A stretch of DNA of 61,991 bases, the filler included, from Chiloscyllium plagiosum (lineage: Eukaryota), in NCBI RefSeq assembly GCF_004010195.1. It is 3 parts of one record of this genome, joined end to end, with 100 filler letters (N's around TTAATTAATTAA, not from the genome) between each part and the next. Parts side by side here need not be neighbours in the genome. Positions count along the whole stretch, not along the records: positions 1 to 7,290 come from NC_057713.1; positions 7,391 to 32,164 come from NC_057713.1; 1 more part is not named here. The stretch is one strand, 5' to 3'. The notes below the pieces were generated by a model. That model worked only from the letters and a program-made list of their open reading frames with translations. It did not search any database and had not been told where the DNA came from. Each line of letters begins with the position of its first letter. The stretch's first letter is position 1. Both the position numbers and the translations under genes were made by a program. Positions 1-11,553 of this stretch are shown here, one piece after another.

Positions 1-845
1 ATCTGTGTGTTCTTGTACACCAGTCAATGAAGGCAAGCATGCAGGTACAGCAGGTAGTGAAGAAGGCTAATAGCATGCTGGCCTTCATAACAAGAGGGAT
101 TGAGTATAGAAGCAAAGAGGTGCTTCTGCAGCTGTACAGGGCCCGGGTGAGACCACACCTGGGGTACTGTGTGCAGTTCTGCTCTCCAAATTTGAGGAAA
201 GACATTCTGTTCATAACAAGAGGGATTGAGTATAGAAGCAAAGAGGTGCTTCTGCAGCTGTACAGGGCCCGGGTGAGACCACACCTGGGGTACTGTGTGC
301 AGTTCTGCTCTCCAAATTTGAGGAAAGACATTCTGACTATTGAGGGAGTGCAGCATAGGTTCACGAGGTCAATTCCTGGAATGGCGGGAATACCTTGCAC
401 TGAAAGAGTGAAGCGACTGGGCTTGTATACCCTTGAGTTTAGAAGACTGAGAGGGGATCTGATTGAGACATATAAGATTATTAAAGGATTGGACACTCTG
501 GCAGCAGGAAACATGTTTCCGCTGATGGGTGAGTGTCGAACTAGAGGACACAGCTGAAAAATACGGGGTAGACCATTTAGGACAGAGATGAGGAGAAACC
601 TCTTCACCCAGAGAGTGGTGGCTGTGTGGAATGCTCTGTCCCAGAGGGCAGTGGAGGCCCAGTCTCTGGATTCATTTAAGAAAGAGTTGGATAGAGCTCT
701 CAAGGATTGTGGAATCAAGGGTTATGGAGATAAGGCAGGAAGAGGATACTGATTAGGAATGATCAGCCATGATCATATTGAATGGCGGTGCAGACTCGAA
801 GGGCTGAATGGCCTACTTCTGCACCTATTGTCTATTGTCTATTGT
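1..845 (+). mobile_element. CR1-type LINE 3' fragment (RT C-terminus, 3' UTR, (CTATTGT)n tail)
   Basis: ORF 27-557 with LVRPHL-YCVQFWSP and RLRGDLIETYKI-like CR1 motifs; microsatellite tail at ~826-845. Confidence 0.9.
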
Positions 846-2593
846 GTTTTCCTCACCCCTAAATGACCTCCAAGTGGTAGCTCATGCACCACTCGCAGCA
901 CCTCCTTTTTACACCCTACTGGCAAACCAATTTGATGAATCTCTGCCCATCTCAGCTGCTTGAATGTGTGATGGTCTCCATTTCTTCATTAAGACATCAT
1001 TTGTTCAGTCATAACACACAGGGATGCATTCATTTTTCTTCTCTGGAAATGTGTTTTGATATAACTGTTTTAACTTCTCATCTTTCTGCTATAATTCAGT
1101 AGGTTTAGCAGAGCTTAAGATACTTGCATGCTTATCTATTTACTCCTGTACTGTCCTACTTATCTGATCAAAAACATCTTGGATAAAGCTAGGTCAGTTT
1201 CCTTATCTGTGCCTTTTAGTCTCTCCTGCTTCAGCTTATGCCTCTGTGATCTTGTGATTACACAATCTGGGAAAAATCCTGGATAAACATTCTTCATTTC
1301 TTCAGTTGTCTGCGTCTCCACTGACTTTTCAATTAGAGTAGGCAATACGCCTCCCGGTGAATCAGTTGTATCATTTGCAAGGACAAAGTGTATTCCTGGA
1401 GCTGAGAGTTTGTCCAATACTCCCACTACAAATTCTCCACTCTTCTCTGGACTCTCTAGCCTCACTTTACATAACTGAGCACTTTTTGTCTCACCATGAA
1501 TTCCTGTTACCAGTACCTTTACTGGCAATAGTCCCTCAGGAGTACATATCTCCTCATCCCTCAGCATTACAGACAGAGAAGATCCTGTGTCTCTTAATAT
1601 TGCAACCTCCTCACCAAATGCTCCTGATCTATGTGAATAAACTTTGCCCTTGCATATATATTTTTTAAGCAGATCTGGCACTTCCTCCTTAATCAACCTC
1701 TGATCTTCTCTTCACTCCAGGCCTGTCTGGTTTTCCTACATCTGGCTTTCTCCTAGCCCACCAACACTGTGATTTCAAGTGGCCCACTTTATTACAATGC
1801 AAACATTGGAGCTTTTTAATTTCTTTGTCCCCATCAAAGGTTTCTTATTTTACCCTGTGCTAAATTATCTTATGATCTTCACTGCGATATACCTTTCCCT
1901 TTCCCCGTGAGGATTTTTCTTTGCTCCAGTTTCTATCCCTCATGGACTGAAATTGATTTTGGAAGCCAAACCAGAGTTTTATAGAACAGCTCATAATCAC
2001 CAGCCCCTTCAGTTGCTAACCTTGCTGTTTTAACTCTCTGCTCTTCCACATGAGTTCGCACTACTTCAGGCAGTGAATTTTTGAATTCCTCCAAAATAAT
2101 TACCTCTCTAAGGGCATTATAGGTTTGCTCAATTTTTAATGCTCTTATCCATGTATCGAAATTACTCTGTTTGATCCTTTTAAATTCAATGTAAGTTTGA
2201 CATGGGCCTGTCCTTATGTTCCTGAAACGTTGTCTATAGGCTTCTGGCACAAGCTCATATGCACTTAAAATGGCTTCTTTCACTTCCTTATACTCTCCAG
2301 AAACCCCCTATGACAATGATGTGAATACCTCATTTGTCCTACCTAGAAGTTTCATTTGGATCAACAAAACCCACATTGCCTCTGGCCACTGCATTTGTTT
2401 AGCCACCTTTTCAAATGAGATGAAAAAGGCTTCCACATCCTTCTCATCAAATTTAGGCAATGCTTGAACATACTTAATCAGTTTCTCACTCGGCTTCTGA
2501 CTACCAGGGGCTTGCTCATCCTTACTTCCTTCCTCACTGAGCCTCACCTCAGCCTTTATCTCCCGCCTTTTAAGCTGACTTTCCTTTTTAAGT

Positions 2594-3207
2594 AGGAGAA
2601 AGTGAGGGCTGCAGATGCTGGGGATCAGAGCTTAAAAATATATTGCTGGAAAAGCGCAGCAGGTCAGGCAGCATCAAAGGAGCAGGAAGATCGACGTTTC
2701 GGGCATAAGCCCTTCTTCAGGAATGAGGAGGGTGTGCCAAGCAGGCTAAGATAAAAGGTAGGGAGGAGGGACTTGGGGGAGGGGCATTGGGAATGCGATA
2801 GGTGGAAGGAGGTTAAGGTGAGGGTGATAGGCCGGAGAGGGGGTTGGGGCGGAGAGGTCGGGAAGATGATTGCAGGTCAAGAAGGCGGTGCTGAGTCTGA
2901 AGGTTCGGACTGAGAAAAGGTGGAGGGAGGGGAAATTAGGAAACTGGAGAAATCTGAGTTCATCCCTTGTGGTTGGAGGGTTCCTTGGCAGAAGATGAGG
3001 CGCTCTTCCTCCAGGCGATGGAGGAGGCCAACGACCTGCATGTCCTTGGTGGAGTGGGAGGGGGAGTTGAAGTGTTGAGCCACAGGGTGGTTGGGTTGGT
3101 TGGTGTGGGTGTCCTAGAGGTGTTCTCTGAAATGTTCCGCAAGTAGGCGGCCTGTCTCCCCAATGTATAGGAGGCCACATCGAGTGCAACAGATGCAGTA
3201 AATGATG
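2594..3207 (-). mobile_element. 5'-truncated Penelope-like element nested in Gypsy gag
   Basis: GIY-YIG remnant (IYCICCTRCGLLYIGET at ~3155-3205), HFNSPSHS motif, 14-bp flanking duplication TTTCCTTTTTAAGT at 2580-2593 and 3208-3221. Confidence 0.8.
2691..2724 (-). ncRNA. Minimal hammerhead-ribozyme-like motif (Penelope type)
   Basis: CTGAAGA-A-GGGC-TTAT-GCCC-GAAACGTC on the minus strand; catalytic core intact, stem I weak. Confidence 0.6.
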
Positions 3208-4104
3208 TTTCCTTTTTAAGTGTCAATTTTTTAAGTTCAAAAGCTCTCTCCTTTTCTTTCTCTGCTCTCTCTTTTCCCTTTTTTCCTATTTTAATTGTAA
3301 CTCAAACGGTTTCCTTTCTGTTGCCCCTTTCTTATCTCTCACCGCTACTCAAGCTGCTTATTTGCAATTGAATTCTTGCCATCTGTATAGATTCTGATGG
3401 TTTCTCCAACATGTTTAAATGCTGAACTACTTCTGTAATTATCTCTCCTTTCCTCACAAAAAAGAAACCAGCTTTGTGACACCTGGAGCTAGTATTTTAA
3501 TCAAATATTTGTCCCTTGTGCTAGAGACAGCTACAATAACTTTCCTCTCATTAGTACTTTGTTTTACCAATATCTTCAGGAGCTTATAGTCATCCACTGT
3601 GAAAACTGCAAAATATCCGTTTAAATTATCTACCATTTCCCTATTCCCCATTACCTATTCCATTGATGCAATCTTCAAGAATCTGACGCTAACTTTGGCA
3701 ACTGGCTTTTTATTTGCCCATCGAAACTCTTGCCGTTTGTTTTTTTCTATTTCTTGTCAATTTATTTTTTAAATCAATTCTTTCCTTTATTATATCATTG
3801 AACTATTCCTCCAAAGCCCCAGGCTAATATTCTGGGGAATACTTCAAATGCTGGAAATCTGAAGCTAACACAGAAATTGCTGGAGAAACTCAGTAGGTCT
3901 GGCAGCATCAGTGGGCAGAGAAACAGAGTTAATGTTTTGAGACCAGTTCTGAAGAAGGGGAAGAGAAGGAGGCCATTCAGCCTTTGAGCCTGTTTTGCCA
4001 TTCAATGTGATCATGGCTGATCATTGAACTCAATTTGCCGTTTCTGATTTTCCCTATGATCCTTTCATCTCTTTAGCCCCAAGTGCTATATCCAACTCCC
4101 TCCC

Positions 4105-5870
4105 GGAAAAACTGTAAGGTTATCCACTTTGGTAGAGAAACAGATAGACAGAGTATTTCTTAAATCGTAAAAGGCTAGAAAGTGCAGCTGTAGACAGACT
4201 TAGGTGTCCTTGTTAATCAATCACTGTGGGCTAGCACACAGGTGCAGCCAGTTATTAGGAAGGCTAATGGACGATGAGCCTTTATTGTAAGAAGAATTAA
4301 GTACAGGGGCAGTGGCGTCTTGTTCAGTTGTATAGGAGCTTGGTTGGACCACACCCACAATACTGTGTGCAGGTTTGGTCTCCTCATCTCAAGAAAGATA
4401 TCAACAGTGGCACAGATGATAAGAGCAGGGAAGTGATGTTGGAGCTCTACAGAACTTAGATTAGGCCACAGCTGGAGTACAGTCTGCAGTTCTGGTCCCC
4501 AGACTGTCAGAGGGAGGCGACAGCACCAGAGCGGGTGCAGAGGGGATTCAGCAGGTTGTTGCCTGGGATGGAGAGATTCAGTGATGGAGAGAGGCCAGAT
4601 AAGCTCAGGTTACAGCACAGAGGGTTGAGGGGGACCTGATGGAGGTGTGTAAGATTATGAGGTGCATGAACCAGCTGGATAGGAAGCAGCTGTTCCCTTA
4701 CTTGAAGGGTCAATAACAAGGGGATATAATTTTAAGGTAAAAGGCAGGATGTTTAGAGAGGATTGAGGAAAAGCTTTTTCACCCAGAGGGTGATGGGGAT
4801 CTGGGATGTACTGGCTGGGAGGGGAGACAGGAAGCCTCACAAACTTGAAAAGCCAGGGTTGGAGGGTTTGAGCTTTAGGGAGATGCTGAACAGGCTGGGG
4901 CTGTTTTCCCTGGAATGTTGGAGGCTGAGGGGTGACCTTATAGAGGTTTATAAAATCATGAGGGGCATGGATAGGATAAATAGACAAAGTCTCTTCCTTG
5001 GGGTGGGGAGTCCAGAACTAAAGGGCATAGGTATAGGGTGAGAGGGGAAAGATATAAAAGAGATCTAAGGGGCAACTTTTCACGCAGAGGGTAGTGCGTG
5101 TATGGAGTGAGCTGCCAGAGGAAGTGGTGGAGACTGGTACAATTGCACCATTTAAGAGGCATTTGGATGGGTATATGAATAGGAAGGGTTTGGAGGGATA
5201 TGGGCCAGATGCTGGCAGGTGGGACTAGATTGGGTTGGGATATCTGGTTGGCATGGTCAAGTTGGACCGAAGGGTCTGCTTCCATGCTGTACATCTCTAT
5301 GATTGTATGACAGGCCTAGTGTTGGAAAGTGGGACTAGTGGATAGTAGTGTGTTTTTAGCAATACAGATGAAGGGCCTTTTCTATACTGTGCCATTGTAT
5401 ATTGTCACAGAGGGAGAGCAGTAATGGTTCCCCAGACTTGCTCCTGGGATGGTGGGACTATCCTATGGAGGAAGACTGGGGAAACAATCTGCATTCACTC
5501 GAGTGGCGAAAGATGAGAGGTGATATCATTGAAACCTACAAATACTTAAAGGAATAGATGGGGAGATGTGGATAAGATGTGCCCACAAGGGGCACGTGGA
5601 ATCCAGCACTGGGGGAACAATTTAATAATAAGGAAGGTGACCTTTAGGACTGAGATGAGGAGAAATGATTTGAGTTAGAGGATTGTGAAGCTTTGGAATT
5701 CTCTACCAGAGAGAGCTGTGAAAACTCAGACTTTAGTTTCAGGTAGACATTGATAGAGTTCTGATTCTCAGTGTCATACAGGGTTATGGTGATAGGCTGG
5801 GTAAAACGCAATGATGAGTTTATTAAGCATGATTGTACTGAAGGTCGTATCAGGGTCAAAGGGCTGGAAG
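4105..5870 (+). mobile_element. Cluster of nested CR1/HER1-type LINE 3' fragments
   Basis: Repeated YCVQFWSP / RLRGDLIEVYKIMRG / FFTQRV segments; youngest insert ~4853-5310. Boundaries approximate. Confidence 0.75.
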
Positions 5871-6222
5871 GGTGAAGTACCTCAAACATAAGTCCAATGG
5901 CAGCCACATAACTGTTGTTAAACTTTGGAAAAAAACCATCAGTTTGACGAATGCCCTTTTGGGATAGAAATCTACCATCCTTGCCTGGTGGTGATCTACT
6001 TGTGACTCCAGACCCACGGCAATATGAGTTACTCTAGGTAATAAATGCTGAACTAGCCAGCTTTGGCCTCATCCCCTGAGTGAATGTTTAAAATGTGTTA
6101 ATGAACTGACTGTAATAAAACGGGGTTCAGTGGGGGCACTGTCCCACTGTCTTACAGATATACAAGCCCTCCCTAGCTCCCTCCCTCCCACCCTCCCTCT
6201 GTCCCTCGATTCACTCACTCAC

Positions 6223-6393
6223 TTGAACACTGCTGCACATTACAGGGGTTAATCTCCTCCTCTGGACCAAGACAGGGCAGACCATTCCCAGCAGCACGGG
6301 GGTTCGTACAGAACCGGAATCGACGTTGGATACCCCCTCCACATGAAATGGAACAATCACTCCATGGAGTCCAGTCCGACCAATCACCATTCA
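6223..6393 (-). CDS. SSPO: SCO-spondin exon, TSP1 repeat
   Basis: gctttgcag|TG...A|GTGAGT, 171 nt, phase 1-1; VNGDWSDWTPWSDCSISCGGGIQRRFRFCTNPRAAGNGLPCLGPEEEINPCNVQQCS. Not in the ORF track. Confidence 0.92.
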
Positions 6394-6533
6394 CTGCAAA
6401 GCAACATTATTGGTCATGCTCTGTGGCAATGTACAGAGGTCACAGGGTCAGAGAGTGGGGGGGGGTCACAAGGTTAGAGGGTGGAGGGTCACAGGATCAG
6501 AGGGAGGGTGTCATGGGGTCAGACAGAGGGGCT

Positions 6534-6860
6534 GTGTGTGCGTGCGTGTGTATGTGTATGTGTGCATCTGTATGTGTGCATGCATGTGCATGTGTGTGTA
6601 TGTGTATGTCTGAGTGTGCGTGTGTGTGTGTATGCGTATGTCTGTGTATGTGCATGTGCGTGTGTATGCATGTCTGTGTGTGTATGCGTATGTCTGTGTA
6701 TGAGCATGTGCGTGTCTATGTGTATGTTGTGTATGCGCATGTGTGTGCATGTGTATGTGTGTGCGTGTGCGTGTCTGTGTATGCGCATGTATGTGCATGT
6801 GCGTGTGTATGTGTATGTCTGTGTATGCGCACGTGTGTGCGTGTGCGTGTGTATGTGTAT
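6534..6860. repeat. Degenerate (TG)n/(RY)n microsatellite
   Basis: Alternating tgtg/tatg/tgca run. Confidence 0.9.
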
Positions 6861-7290
6861 TCTGGATTAGTGGTGCTGGAAGAGCACAGCAGTTCAGGCA
6901 GCATTCGAGGAGCTTCGAAATCGACGTTTCGAGCAAAAGCCCTTCATCAGGAATAAAGGCAGTGAGCCTGAAACGTGGAGAGATAAGCTAGAGGAGGGTG
7001 GGGATGGGGAGAAAGTAGCATAGAGTACAATAGGTGAGTGGGGGAGGAGATGAAGGTGATAGGTCATGGAGGAGAGGGTGAAGTGGATAGGTGGAAAAGG
7101 AGATAGGCAGGTAGGACAAGTCCGGACAAGTCATGGGGACAGTGCTGAGCTGTAAGTTTGGAACTAGGGTGAGGTGGGGGAAGGGGAAATGAGGAAACTG
7201 TTGAAGTCCACATTGATGCCCTGGGGTTGAAGTGTTCCGAGGCGGAAGATGAGGCGTTCTTCCTCCAGGCGTCTGGTGGTGAGGGAGCGG
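6861..7290 (-). mobile_element. Penelope-like element 3' end with hammerhead motif, truncated by gap
   Basis: RLEEERLIFRLGTLQPQGINVDF coding remnant near 7200-7290; CTGATGAAGGGCTTTTGCTCGAAACGTC at 6923-6950 (minus). Confidence 0.75.
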
Positions 7291-7390
7291 NNNNNNNNNN
7301 NNNNNNNNNNNNNNNNNNNNNNNNNNNNNNNNNNTTAATTAATTAANNNNNNNNNNNNNNNNNNNNNNNNNNNNNNNNNNNNNNNNNNNN
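7291..7390. other. Assembly spacer (44 N + TTAATTAATTAA + 44 N)
   Basis: Exactly 100 nt; identical layout at 32165-32264. Confidence 0.95.
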
Positions 7391-7498
7391 TGAGTGTGCG
7401 TATGTGGGTGTGGGGGGGTGTGTGTGTGTGTGTGGGTGGGTGGGTGTGTGTGCATGTGTGGGTGTGGGTGTGCGCGTGTGTGGGTGTGCATATGTGGG

Positions 7499-7538
<40 letters not shown>

Positions 7539-7560
7539 TGTGCGTGTGCCCATGTGTGTG
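7391..7560. repeat. (TG)n microsatellite
   Basis: GT-rich run next to the gap. Confidence 0.9.
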
Positions 7561-7908
7561 ACAGACTGATGGGAACAGGGCAGCCAGAGCCACAAAACAG
7601 AGAACATCTTTCTCCCTTCTCCCTGTGTGAGCATATGGACAAAACCAAACCAACAAGAAGTCTCACATGAAGGAACACGCCCGTTAGGCTATGAGCTTTC
7701 AAGGAGGTTTACGAAATGAGGCAGAGAGAAGGTCACAGCAATGATCACTGGGAGGGGCAGGTGGGTTTGATTTTCTCCAGACATGGATTATTGTGAATTT
7801 CCAGATCCCTGAGTACAACTCTTTAAACACATTCCTCATCCTGTGTCAGCCGATCATAATGTTTCACTGTGCTTTAGTGAATCACAAGAAACAGGAACAA
7901 TGTCTCAC

Positions 7909-7958
7909 CATCGCACACTCTCTGAGTACAGTTTCCAATCTGTCCAGAAAGGCAGGTG
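7909..7958 (-). CDS. SSPO: SCO-spondin small exon (end of VWC-like module)
   Basis: tttccttcag|C...G|GTGAGA, 50 nt, phase 2-1; (C)TCLSGQIGNCTQRVCD(V). Confidence 0.88.
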
Positions 7959-9056
7959 CTGAAGGAAACAAAAATATAAACATGTTTAACATTTAAAAAC
8001 AAGACATATTCAGTCCCAGAACCAGACATAGACACAGATAGAGCACACGCCATAACTCCCTGGTTGGGTTGAGGGCAGGGTAGGGGGGCGCAGGCAAAGA
8101 TACATTCCAGACCCTAACCCCTCGAGTGAACCTCCCCCTTTCCCACACTCAGACAGTACACTCCAGACCCTAACCCCTCACAGTCTGAAAATGTTTTTCG
8201 CTTCTTCCTTTTAAAAGTCCCCTTACTGGTCCCTAATTAACTCCCATCTTTTTACAAAGTTAAATAGAAGACTTCGGGATTTCCTATTTAGGTTATCTGC
8301 TGGTCTCTTCTCAAACACTGATCAAATTTTCAAGGAACTTAAAAGACTTGTGCAAAAAATAAAGAGCAATAGTAATGGGGAATTTAACGTCCTAACGTGG
8401 AGTGGGATTGTACCAGGATGGGGAAGGGCAGAGAGGGGAAAAAATATTCTAAAGTGCATTTATGAAGATTTTCTCCAATGAGATGTTCTTAGTTCAGCAT
8501 AGAAGGAAGCATTGGTGGATAGGTTTATAGCAAATCAGCTGGTCTTAATACATTGTATTTTGGGGAAATATTTAGGAAAGAGTGATCATAATATAAGAAA
8601 CAAGCAAAAAAGAAATTACTGGAGTAACTCAGCCAGTCTGACAGCATCTGTGGTGACAGAGACAGAGTTAACGTTTTGGTCCAGTGGCTCTTCTTCAGAA
8701 TGGATAGCAGCTAGGTAAAGGTGGTATTTCTGGTAATGACAGGGTTGGGGAGCAGGGTGGGGAAGGAGTGAGTGGATTGATGGAGGTGCATCCCAAAGAG
8801 ACAGAGTAGAAAGGGTAGGCAGGCAAAGCGTTTGTTGATAGTGAACCAAGAAAGAAGACAAATTCGATAGGTGGTAATGGGGGCTATGAGTAGTTAGAAA
8901 TTGGTTGGTTGTGCTGGAAGCACCAAATTGAATGACAGCACTTCCATAACATTGTCCATTAACTACATTCATTGTACTAGGTTTAACTCCAACCAGCTGA
9001 GGGTTTTTGTGTTGGCTCCTTGGAATTACCAGGCCTTGTATTCCTTGCGCACATAC

Positions 9057-9151
9057 CAGGAATTACAGTCTTTCAGTACAGTGGCACCAGCTTGGTAAAC
9101 CTGCCCTCCATCCACACACTGGCAATCAGTGACAGGTACACAATCACCTTC
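9057..9151 (-). CDS. SSPO: SCO-spondin exon, end of TIL plus VWC-like start
   Basis: cctttccag|GAA...TG|GTATGT, 95 nt, phase 0-2; EGDCVPVTDCQCVDGGQVYQAGATVLKDCNS(C). Confidence 0.9.
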
Positions 9152-9640
9152 CTGGAAAGGAACCATCAGAAACATTGCATTAACAACAGAGGGTCCATGA
9201 ATTAGCAATTAAAACTTCATCAAAACTCACTCACCTCATAATGAAACAACACAGCTCAGCCAACCCTTGCCCGCACCCCTCAGCTCCACCTCAACCTCAA
9301 CAGATGTCCTCCTCATTACTTTCATTGTCTCTTCCTCTCCATCTCTGTCCATTCCCACCTCCTCCCAGTCTCCCTCCATTGCCATGCTCACGTCTTCCCT
9401 ATCTCCCTCTCTCCCTACCTAGACCTCATCTCCCTCCAAGCTTACTTCCTCTCTGTAATCTTGAATTCAATCACCCAGTTTTGTAGTTGATTTCCAGATT
9501 CAGGGTTGCTATGACAACATGTATGTTTGACCCTGAATCTATAGGAATGAGAGTGGACCCAATGTGACCCAGTCTGAGTAGTGATCCTGTGCTCTGCTTG
9601 CCTGGTGTGCTGATCACCAAGCCCCACAAGCAGTTTTTTT

Positions 9641-9910
9641 TTAGATTACTTACAGTGTGGAAACAGACCCTTTGGCCCAACAAGTCCACACCGACCCTCC
9701 AAAGCGCAACCCACCCATACCCCTACATTTACCCCTTACCTAACACTATGGGCAATTTCGCATGGCCAATTCACCTGACCTGCACATCTTTGGACTGTGG
9801 GAGGAAACCAGAGCACCCGGAGGAAACCCACGCAGACACGGGGAGAACGTGCAAACTCCACACAGACAGTTGCCTGAGGTGGGAATTGAACCCGGGTCTC
9901 TGGCGCTGTG
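9641..9910 (-). mobile_element. HE1-type tRNA-derived SINE, 5'-truncated
   Basis: V-SINE core (TGCGTGGGTTTCCTCCGGGTGCTC) and (AATCT)n tail. Confidence 0.85.
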
Positions 9911-10310
9911 GAGGTGGGCACAAGGATGGCACCATCAGAGGGCATGGTCAGTCATGGGAGGGGTATTGTTGACAATAACCATCACTGCCTTCCACAGGGT
10001 GAGTGCAAATAAGTAGATTGGGCATCATTAAGGTTGGATGTTGGGGGTTCAGAGGGCTTGGAGGACAAATTGGAGACAAAGTTCAATGGGATGGGATCTC
10101 CACATGCAGGTGAGTGTGAAAATCAGCTGTCAGGTACACAGGTGTAAAAGAAGACATAGAGGCTTTGGAGGGCTATCTGGTGAGCAGGCAGACTTGTGGT
10201 AACTGTGACCACTGTGAGCTAAATTCATTGCCATCACTTGCAATTGTCTAGATATGAAATATCTCCGGAAAATGGTGAGGACAGTGCCCAAGGTGGGCTG
10301 AGTCAGAGTC

Positions 10311-10491
10311 GAGAGTGTGGTGCTGGAAAAGCACAGCAGGTCAGGCAGCATCTGAGGAGCAGGAAAATCAGGAAGGGCTTTTGCCCGAAACGTCGATTCT
10401 CCTGCTCCTCAGATGCAGCCTGACCTGCTGTGCTTTTCCAGCACCACACTCTCAACTCTGATCTCCAGCATCTGCAGTCCTCACTTTCACC
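10311..10491. mobile_element. Short hairpin insertion derived from a Penelope-like 3' end
   Basis: Inverted arms GCTGGAAAAGCACAGCAGGTCAGG / CCTGACCTGCTGTGCTTTTCCAGC; 17-bp duplication TGGGCTGAGTCAGAGTC at 10294-10310 and 10492-10508. Confidence 0.75.
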
Positions 10492-10689
10492 TGGGCTGAG
10501 TCAGAGTCCATTTAATAAACAAAACTTCAGGGTGCCAAAGAACCAAATGCATGAAGCATGCTTTCACACACTTCAGATACATTTCAATGGTCATTATTTC
10601 TTCACCTACTTGAAGTGCATGCAGAGTGAACACACTTTGACTTTAAATGCTGCTCAAAGCCAATCTGCAACATGGCACTGGTGCCTGAG

Positions 10690-10997
10690 TGGGTGGCACA
10701 GTGGTTAGCACTGCTGCCTCGCAGCGCCAGAGACCTGGGTTCAATTCCCGCCTCAGGCGACTCTCTGTGTGGAATTTGCACATTCTCCCCGTGTCTGTGT
10801 GGGTTTCCTCCGGGTGCTCCGGTTTCCTCCCACAGTCCAAAGATGTGCAGGTCAGGTGAATTGGCCATGCTAAATTGTCTGTAGTGTTAGGTGAAGGGGT
10901 AAATGTAGGGGAATGGGTCTGGGTGGGTTTCGCTTCAGTGGGTCGGTGTGGACTTGTTGGGCTGAAGGGCCTGTTTCCACACTAAGTAATCTAATCT
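10690..10997 (+). mobile_element. HE1-type SINE
   Basis: tRNA-like head with A box TGGCACAGTGG and B box GGTTCAATTCC, V-SINE core, AATCT tail. Confidence 0.9.
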
Positions 10998-11553
10998 GAG
11001 AATCTCACATTAACACCTCAGTGATGTAGAAGTTAGCAACAAATACTTACAAAGAAGGCCAATGTTGGCCAAGACCACCCCATCAGTTACAAACCTTCCA
11101 AAAGTGCTGTGGGATGAGGGGAGCGTTGCTGCATCATATGCCATGGGAGTATGACAGTGGACTCTACTGAACACACTGGAAAGAGAACGAGTTGTGGATC
11201 TGGAATGGGAAGCGTTTGGAGTATGGCAGACACAATCTTTTGAATACATGCATTAGTGACTCAGCCGGTGCAGTATCTCCACCAAGGAAATGCATATGCA
11301 GTGACCAGGGCTATGGTGAAGCTGATGTTAGGGCTGCTGAAGGTGTGGGTGAACAGCACAGTGTGGTCTGGGGGAGCCTTCCAAAAGAGTGTGGGCAGAG
11401 TGTGCCATACCATCCTGGCAGCAGGAAATGAGGTGAAATGCTGAGGAACAAAGGGAATAGGAACTCATCTTCATTAATGTAAGAGCTAGAAAGTAATTGA
11501 CTGACACCTGACTTCAGTAGATAAGAGCAGACTATCACGGAATCATCCTTTAT

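Larger units (their letters stand above)
846..3460 (-). mobile_element. Partial Gmr1-type Gypsy element: gag (SCAN-like), CCHC knuckle, protease, start of integrase; degenerate
   Basis: LPKFDEKDVEAFFISFEK, AILSAYELVPEAYRQRFR, IILEEFKNSLP, CLHCNKVGHLKSQC (~1760-1810), ILRDTGSS protease, HELPLGGHLGVRKT (~846-890) directly after the protease. Confidence 0.85.

Noticed and set aside
7335..7346. TTAATTAATTAA island within Ns (also 32209-32220)
   Set aside because: Artificial all-frame stop spacer in a fixed 100-nt gap, not biological sequence.
6348..7702. Cys/Val- and His/Thr-rich ORFs
   Set aside because: Translations of (TG)n microsatellites and N runs.
10690..10760. tRNA gene calls at SINE heads (also 29056, 35587, 46827, 49085)
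   Set aside because: A/B boxes are followed by SINE body and tail, so these are tRNA-derived SINE heads.
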